Source: the human T2T-CHM13v2.0 reference genome, Homo sapiens
Strand: one strand, 5' to 3'
Length of the DNA: 64,000 bases
Assembly (NCBI RefSeq): GCF_009914755.1
Contig: NC_060934.1
Shown here: piece by piece, positions 57,901 to 64,000 of the stretch
How the letters are laid out: each line of letters starts with the position of its first letter
Position numbering within the stretch: position 1 is the first letter of the stretch
The notes under the pieces: model-generated
What the model saw: the letters and a program-made list of their open reading frames with translations, nothing else
Told to the model about the DNA's origin: nothing
Databases searched by the model: none
Made by a program: the position numbers and the translations under genes

Positions 57901-60900
57901 GGAATCATCATCGAATGGAAATGAAAGGAGTCATCATCTAATGGAATCGCACGGAATCATCATCAAATGGAATGGAATGGAATCATCATCGAATGGAATC
58001 TAATGGAATAATTGAACGGAAGTGAATGGAATCGTCATCGAATGAATTGAATGCAATCATCGAATGGTCTCGAATGGAATCATCTTCAAATGGAATGGAA
58101 TAGAATCATCGCATAGAATCGAATGGAATTATCATCGAATGGACTCAAATGGAATCAACATCAAACGGAATCAAACGGAATTATCGAATGGAATCGAAGA
58201 GAATCATCGAATGGACTCGAATGGAATCATCTAATGAAATAGAATGGAATAATCCATGGACTCGAATGCAATCATCATCAAATGGAATCGAATGGAATCG
58301 TCGAATAGACTCGAGTGGAATAAACATTCAACGGAATCGAATGGAATCGTCACCAGATGTAAACGAAGGGAATCATCATCGAATGGAATCGAATGGAATC
58401 ATCAAATGGAATCAGATGGAATCATCATCAAATGGAATCGAATAGAATTATGGAATGAAATCCAATGTGATCATCATTGAATGGACTCGAACGGAATCAT
58501 CATCCAATGGAAACTAATGGTATCAACATCAAATGGAATCGAATGGAAACACCATCGAATTGAAACGAATGGAATTATCATGAAATTGAAATGGATGGAC
58601 TCATCATCGAATGGATTTGAATGGAATCACCGAATGAAATTGATTGAAATCATCATCGAATGGAGTCATTGAATGGAATCGAATGGAATCATCATGAGAT
58701 GGAAATGAACGGAATCATCATAGAATGGAATCGAACGGATTCATTGAATGGAATCAGATGGAATCTTCGAATGGACATGAATGGAATCATTGAATGGACT
58801 CGAATGGAATCATTATTGAATAGAATTGAATGGAATCATTGAACGGCCTCGAATGGAATAATTATGAAATGAAATCGAATGGAATCACCGAATAGAATCG
58901 AATGGAACAATCATCGAATGCACTCAAATGGAATTATCCTCAAATGGAATAGAATGGAATTATTGAATGCAATCGAATAGAATCATCGAATGAACTCGAA
59001 TGGTATCATCGAATGGAACGGAATGGAATAGTCAATGAACTCGAATGGAATCATCATTGAATGGAATCGAATGGAATCATTGAGAGGAATCGAATGGAAT
59101 CCTGATCAAATGCAATCGAATGTAATGATCATCAAATGGAATCCAAATTAACCATCATCACTTGGTATTGAATGGAATTGTCATCAAATGGAATTCAAAG
59201 GAATCATCATGAAGTGGAACCGAATGGAATCATCATTGAATGGAAATGAAAGGAGTCATCATCTAATGGAATCGCATGGAATCATCATCAAATGGAATCG
59301 AATGGAATCATCATCAAATGGAATCTAATGGAATCATTGAACGGAATTGAATGGAATCGTCATCGAATGAATTGAGTGCAATCATCGAATGGTCTCGAAT
59401 GGAATCATCTTCAAATGGAAAGGAATGGAATCATCGCATAGAATCGAATGGAATTATCATCGAATGGACCCGAATGGAATCAACATCAAACGGAATCAAA
59501 CGGAATTATCGAATGGAATCGAAGAGAATCATCGAATGGCCACGAATGGAATCATCTAATGGAATGGAATGGAATAATCCATGGACACGAATGCAATCAT
59601 CATCGAATAGAATCGAATGGAATCATCGAATGGACTCGAATGGAATAATCATTGAACGCAATCGAATGGAATCATCGAGTGGAATCGAATGGAATCATGA
59701 TCAAATGGAATCGAATGTAATCATCATCAAATGGAATCCAAAATCACCATCATCAATTGGTACTGAATGGAATTGTCATCAAATGGAATTCAAAGGAATC
59801 ATCATCAAATGGAACCGAATGGAATCCTGATTGAATGGAAATGAAAGGAGTCATCATCTAATGGAATCGCATGGAATCATCATCAAATGGAATCGAATGG
59901 AATCATCATCAAATGGAATCGAATGGAATCATTGAACGGAATTGAATCGAATCGTCATCGAATGAATTGAGTGCAATCACCGAATGGTCTCGAATGGAAT
60001 AATCTTCAAATGGAAAGGAATGGAATCATCGCATAGAATCGAATGGAATTATCAACGAATGGACTCGAATCGAATCAACATCAAACGGAGTCAAACGGAA
60101 TTATCGAATGGAATCGAAGAGAATCATCGAATGGCCACGAATGGAATCATCTAATTGAATGGAATGGAATAATCCATGGACCCGAATGCAATCATCATCG
60201 AATAGAATCGAATGGAATCATCGAATGGACACGAATGGAATAATCATTGAACGGAATCGAATGAAATCATCGTCGAATGGAAACGCATGGAATCATCATC
60301 GAATGGAAATGAAAGGAGTCATCAACTAATGAAATCGCACGGAATCATCATCAAATGGAATTGAATGGAATCATCATCGAATGGAATCTAATGGAATCAT
60401 TCAACCGAATTGCATGGAATCGTCATCGAATGAATTGAATGCAATCATCGAATGGTCTCGAATGGAATCATCTTCAAATGGAATGGAATGGAATCATCGC
60501 ATAGAATCGAATGGAATTATCATCGAGTGGACTCAAATGGAATCAACATCAAACGGAATCAAACGGAATTATCGAATGGAATCGAAGAGAATCATCGAAT
60601 GGACTCGAATGGAATCATCTAATGAAATAGAATGGAATAATCCATGGACTCGAATGCAATCATCATCAAATGGAATCGAATGGAATCGTCGAATGGACTC
60701 GAGTGGAATAAACATTCAACGGAATCGAATGGAATCGTCACCGGATGGAAACGAATGGAATCATCATCGAATGGAATCGAATGGAATCATCAAATGGAAT
60801 CAGATGAAATCATCATCAAATGGATTCGAATAGAATCATGGAATGAAATCCAATGTGATCATCATCGAATGGACACGAACGGAATCATCATCCAATGGAA

Positions 60901-63900
60901 ACAAATGGAATCAACATCGAATGGAATCGAATGGAAACGCCATCGAAAGGAAACGAATGGAATTATCATGAAATTGAAATGGATGGACTCATCATCGAAT
61001 GGATTCGAATGGAATCACCGAATGAAATTGATAGAAATCATCATCAAATGGAATCGAATGGAATCATTGAATGGAATCGAATGGAATCATCATCAGATGG
61101 AAATGAATGGAATCATCACTGAATGGAATCGAATGGATTCATTGAATGGAATCCGATGGAATCATCGAATGGACTTGAATGGAATCATTGAATGGACTCG
61201 AATGGAATCTTTATTGAATGGAATTGAATGGAATCATCGAATGGTCTCGAATGGAATCATTATCAAATGGAATCGAATGGAATCACCGAATAGAATCGAA
61301 TGGAACAATCATCGAATGGACTCAAATGGAATTATCCTCAAATGGAATCGAATGGATTTATCGAATGAAATCGAATGGAATTATCGAAAGCAATCGAATA
61401 GAATCATCGAATGGACTCGAATGGAATCATCGAATGGAATGGAATGGAAGAGTCAATGAACTCGAATGGAATCATCATTGAATGGAATAGAATGGAATCA
61501 TCGAGTGGAATCGAATGGAATCATGATCAAATGGAATCGAATGTAATCATCATCAAATGGAATCCAAAATCACCATCATCAATTGGTACTGAATGGAATT
61601 GTCATCAAATGGAATTCAAAGGAATCATCATCAAATGGAACCGAATGGAATCCTCATTGAATGGAAATGAAAGGAGTCATCATCTAATGGAACCGAATTG
61701 AATCCTCATTGAATGGAAATGAAAGGAGTCATCATCTAATGGAATCGCATGGAATCATCATCAAATGGAATCGAATGGAATCATCATCAAATGGAATCGA
61801 ATGGAATCATTGAACGGAATTGAATCGAATCGTCATCGAATGAATTGAATGCAATCATCGAATGGTCTCGAATGGAATCATCTTCAAATGGAAAGGAATG
61901 GAATCATCGCATAGAATCGAATGGAATTATCATCGAATGGACTCGAATGGAATCAACATCAAACGGAATCAAACGGAATTATCGAATGGAAGCGAAGAGA
62001 ATCATCGAATGGACTCGAATGGAATCATCTAATGGAATGGAATGGAATAATCCATGGACCCGAATGCAATCATCATCGAATAGAATCGAATGCAATCATC
62101 GAATGGACTCGAATGGAATAATCATTGAACGAAATCGAATGGAATCATCGTCGAATGGAAACGAATGGAATCATCATCGAATGGAAATGAAAGGAGTCAT
62201 CATCTAATGGAATCGCATGGAATCATCATCAAATGGAATCAAATGGAATCATCATCGAATGGAATCTAATGGAATCATTGAACGGAATTGCATGGAATCG
62301 TCATCGAATGAATTGAATGCAATCATCGAATGGTCTCGATTGGAATCATCTTCAAATGGAATGGAATGGAATCATCGCATAGAATCGAATGGAATTATCA
62401 TCGAATGGACTCAAATGGAATCAACATCAAACGGAATCAAACGGAATTATCGAATGGAATCGAAGAGAATCATCGAATGGACTCGAATGGAATCATCTAA
62501 TGAAATAGAATGGAATAATCCATGGACTCGAATGCAATCATCATCAAATGGAATCGAATGGAATCGTCGAATGGACTCGAGTGGAATAAACATTCAACGG
62601 AATCGAATGGAATCGTCACCGGATGGAAACGAATGGAATCATCATCGAATGGAATCGAATGGAATCATCAAATGGAATCAGATGAAATCATCATCAAATG
62701 GATTCGAATAGAATTATGGAATGAAATCCAATGTGATCATCATCGAATGGACTCAAACGGAATCATCATCCAATGGAAACTAATGGAATCAACATCGAAT
62801 GGAATCGAATGGAAACGCCATCGAATTGAAACGAATGGAATTATCATGAAATTGAAATGGATGGACTCATCATCGAATGGATTCGAATGGAATCACCGAA
62901 TGAAATTGATAGAAATCATCATCAAATGGAATCGAAGGGAATCATTGAATGGAATCGAATGGAATCATCATCAGATGGAAATGAATGGAATCATCATTGA
63001 ATGGAATCGAATGGATTCTTTGAATGGAATCTGATGGAATCATCGAATGGTTTTGAATGGAATCATTGAATGGACTCGAATGGAATCTTTATTGAATGGA
63101 ATTGAATGGAATCATCGAATGGTCACGAATGGAATCATTATCAAATGGAATCGAATGGAATCACCGAATAGAATCGAATGGAACAATCATCGAATGGACT
63201 CAAATGGAATTATCCTCAAATGGAATCAAATGGAATTATCGAATGCAATCGAATGGAATTATCGAATGCAATCGAATAGAATCATCGAATGGACTCGAAT
63301 GGTATCATCGAATGGAACGGAATGGAATAGTCAATGAACTCGAATGGAATCATCATTGAATGGAATTGAATGGAATCATCAAGTGGAATCGAATGGAATC
63401 ATGATCAAATGGAATCGAATGTAATCATCATCAAATGGAATCCAAATTAACCATCATCACTTGGTATTGAATGGAATTGTCATCAAATGGAATTCAAAGG
63501 AATCATCATGAAATGGAACCGAATGGAATCATCATTGAATGGAAATGAAAGGAGTCATCATCTAATGGAATCGCATGGAATCATCATCAAATGGAATCGA
63601 ATGGAATCATCATCAAATGGAATCTAATGGAATCATTGAACGGAATTGAATGGAATCGTCATCGAATGAATTGAGTGCAATCATCGAATGGTCTCGAAAG
63701 GAATAATCTTCAAATGGAAAGGAATGGAATCATCTCATAGAATCGAATGGAATTATCAACGAATGGACTCGAATGGAATCAACATCAAACGGAATTATCG
63801 AATGGAATCGAAGAGAATCATCGAATGGCCACGAATGGAATCATCTAATGGAATGGAATGGAATAATCCATGGACCCGAATGCAATCATCATCGAATAGA

Positions 63901-64000
63901 ATCGAATGCAATCATCGAATGGACACGAATGGAATAATCATTGAACGGAATCGAATGGAATCATCGTCGAATGGAAACGCATGGAATCATCATCGAATGG
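44448..64000. repeat. Second, window-truncated copy of the 34,584-bp macro-repeat (matches 9864-29416)
   Basis: Same monomer length series (1826,1816,1826,1816,1816,1826,1816,2388,1878) and the same private SNVs. About ten differences were found by eye. Confidence 0.92.

Larger units (their letters stand above)
1..64000. repeat. Human satellite II (HSat2/HSATII) pericentromeric tandem array, ~1.8-kb-unit (HSat2A-like) type; continues beyond both window edges
   Basis: Continuous diverged GAATG/CATTC pentamers with the HSat2 hallmark GAATCATCATCGAATG (reverse: CATTCGATGATGATTC), dense TCGA and GAATC sites, and only short perfect (GGAAT)n runs, unlike HSat3. Subfamily and chromosome cannot be fixed from sequence alone. 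Confidence 0.97.
83..64000. repeat. ~1.8-kb monomer periodicity, 33 anchor copies
   Basis: The anchor ATAATCCATGGACTCGAATGC (ATG position) lies at 83, 2479, 4867, 6693 (CTG variant), 9114, 10930, 12756, 14572, 16398, 18214, 20030, 21856, 23672, 26060, 27938, 29754, 31632, 33448, 35264, 37660, 39486, 41302, 43118, 45514, 47340, 49156, 50982, 52798, 54614, 56440, 58256, 60644 and 62522. Spacings take only six values: 1816, 1826, 1878, 2388, 2396, 2421. There is one EcoRI site (GGAATTCAAAGG) per standard monomer. Confidence 0.95.

Noticed and set aside
15-63359. About 250 + strand ORFs rich in W/N/E/S/I/M/G
   Set aside because: These are translations of the GAATG/GAATC pentamer repeat in overlapping frames. 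Stops and frame changes vary freely between copies, and there is no recognisable domain or gene structure.
1-64000. CRISPR-like or repeat-spacer array, or a prokaryotic system
   Set aside because: There are no unique spacers and no cas-like or other genes. All intervening sequence is itself satellite.
1-64000. HSat3, alpha satellite or telomeric repeat assignment
   Set aside because: There are no long perfect (GGAAT)n tracts, no 171-bp period or evident CENP-B box, and no TTAGGG arrays. The CATCATCGAATG motifs indicate HSat2.
1-64000. Embedded transposon (Alu/L1/LTR) or strand switch
   Set aside because: I saw no non-satellite segment, poly-A tail or CATTC-strand block, and all anchor spacings are accounted for by satellite-internal indels.
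1-64000. Specific chromosome assignment (e.g. 1q12, chr2, chr10, chr16)
   Set aside because: Unit length suggests an HSat2A-type array, but locus and even species (human vs great ape) need k-mer mapping to complete assemblies.

Overview
The whole 64 kb window is one uninterrupted, single-orientation array of primate classical satellite II (HSat2/HSATII; + strand is the purine-rich GAATG/GGAATC strand). I see no genes, RNA genes, transposon insertions or inversions, and every ORF in the track is a by-product of the repeat. The array is hierarchical: diverged 5-mers, then a 468-bp internal sub-repeat, then a ~1.8-kb monomer (33 anchor copies; 1816 or 1826 bp, with 1878/2388/2396/2421-bp structural variants), then an X/Y dimer of 3642 bp, then a 34,584-bp macro-repeat (9864-29416 recurs at 44448-64000). 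That macro-unit decomposes exactly into an inferred 22,984-bp 12-mer plus nested 7854-, 52- and 3694-bp duplications, so the order of events can be read from the sequence. The most functional-looking observation is that three matches to the DUX4 consensus (TAATGGAATCA) fall in the Y half of each dimer, while all three homologous positions are broken in the X half. Offsets come from ORF-track coordinates plus manual spot checks, not from an alignment.
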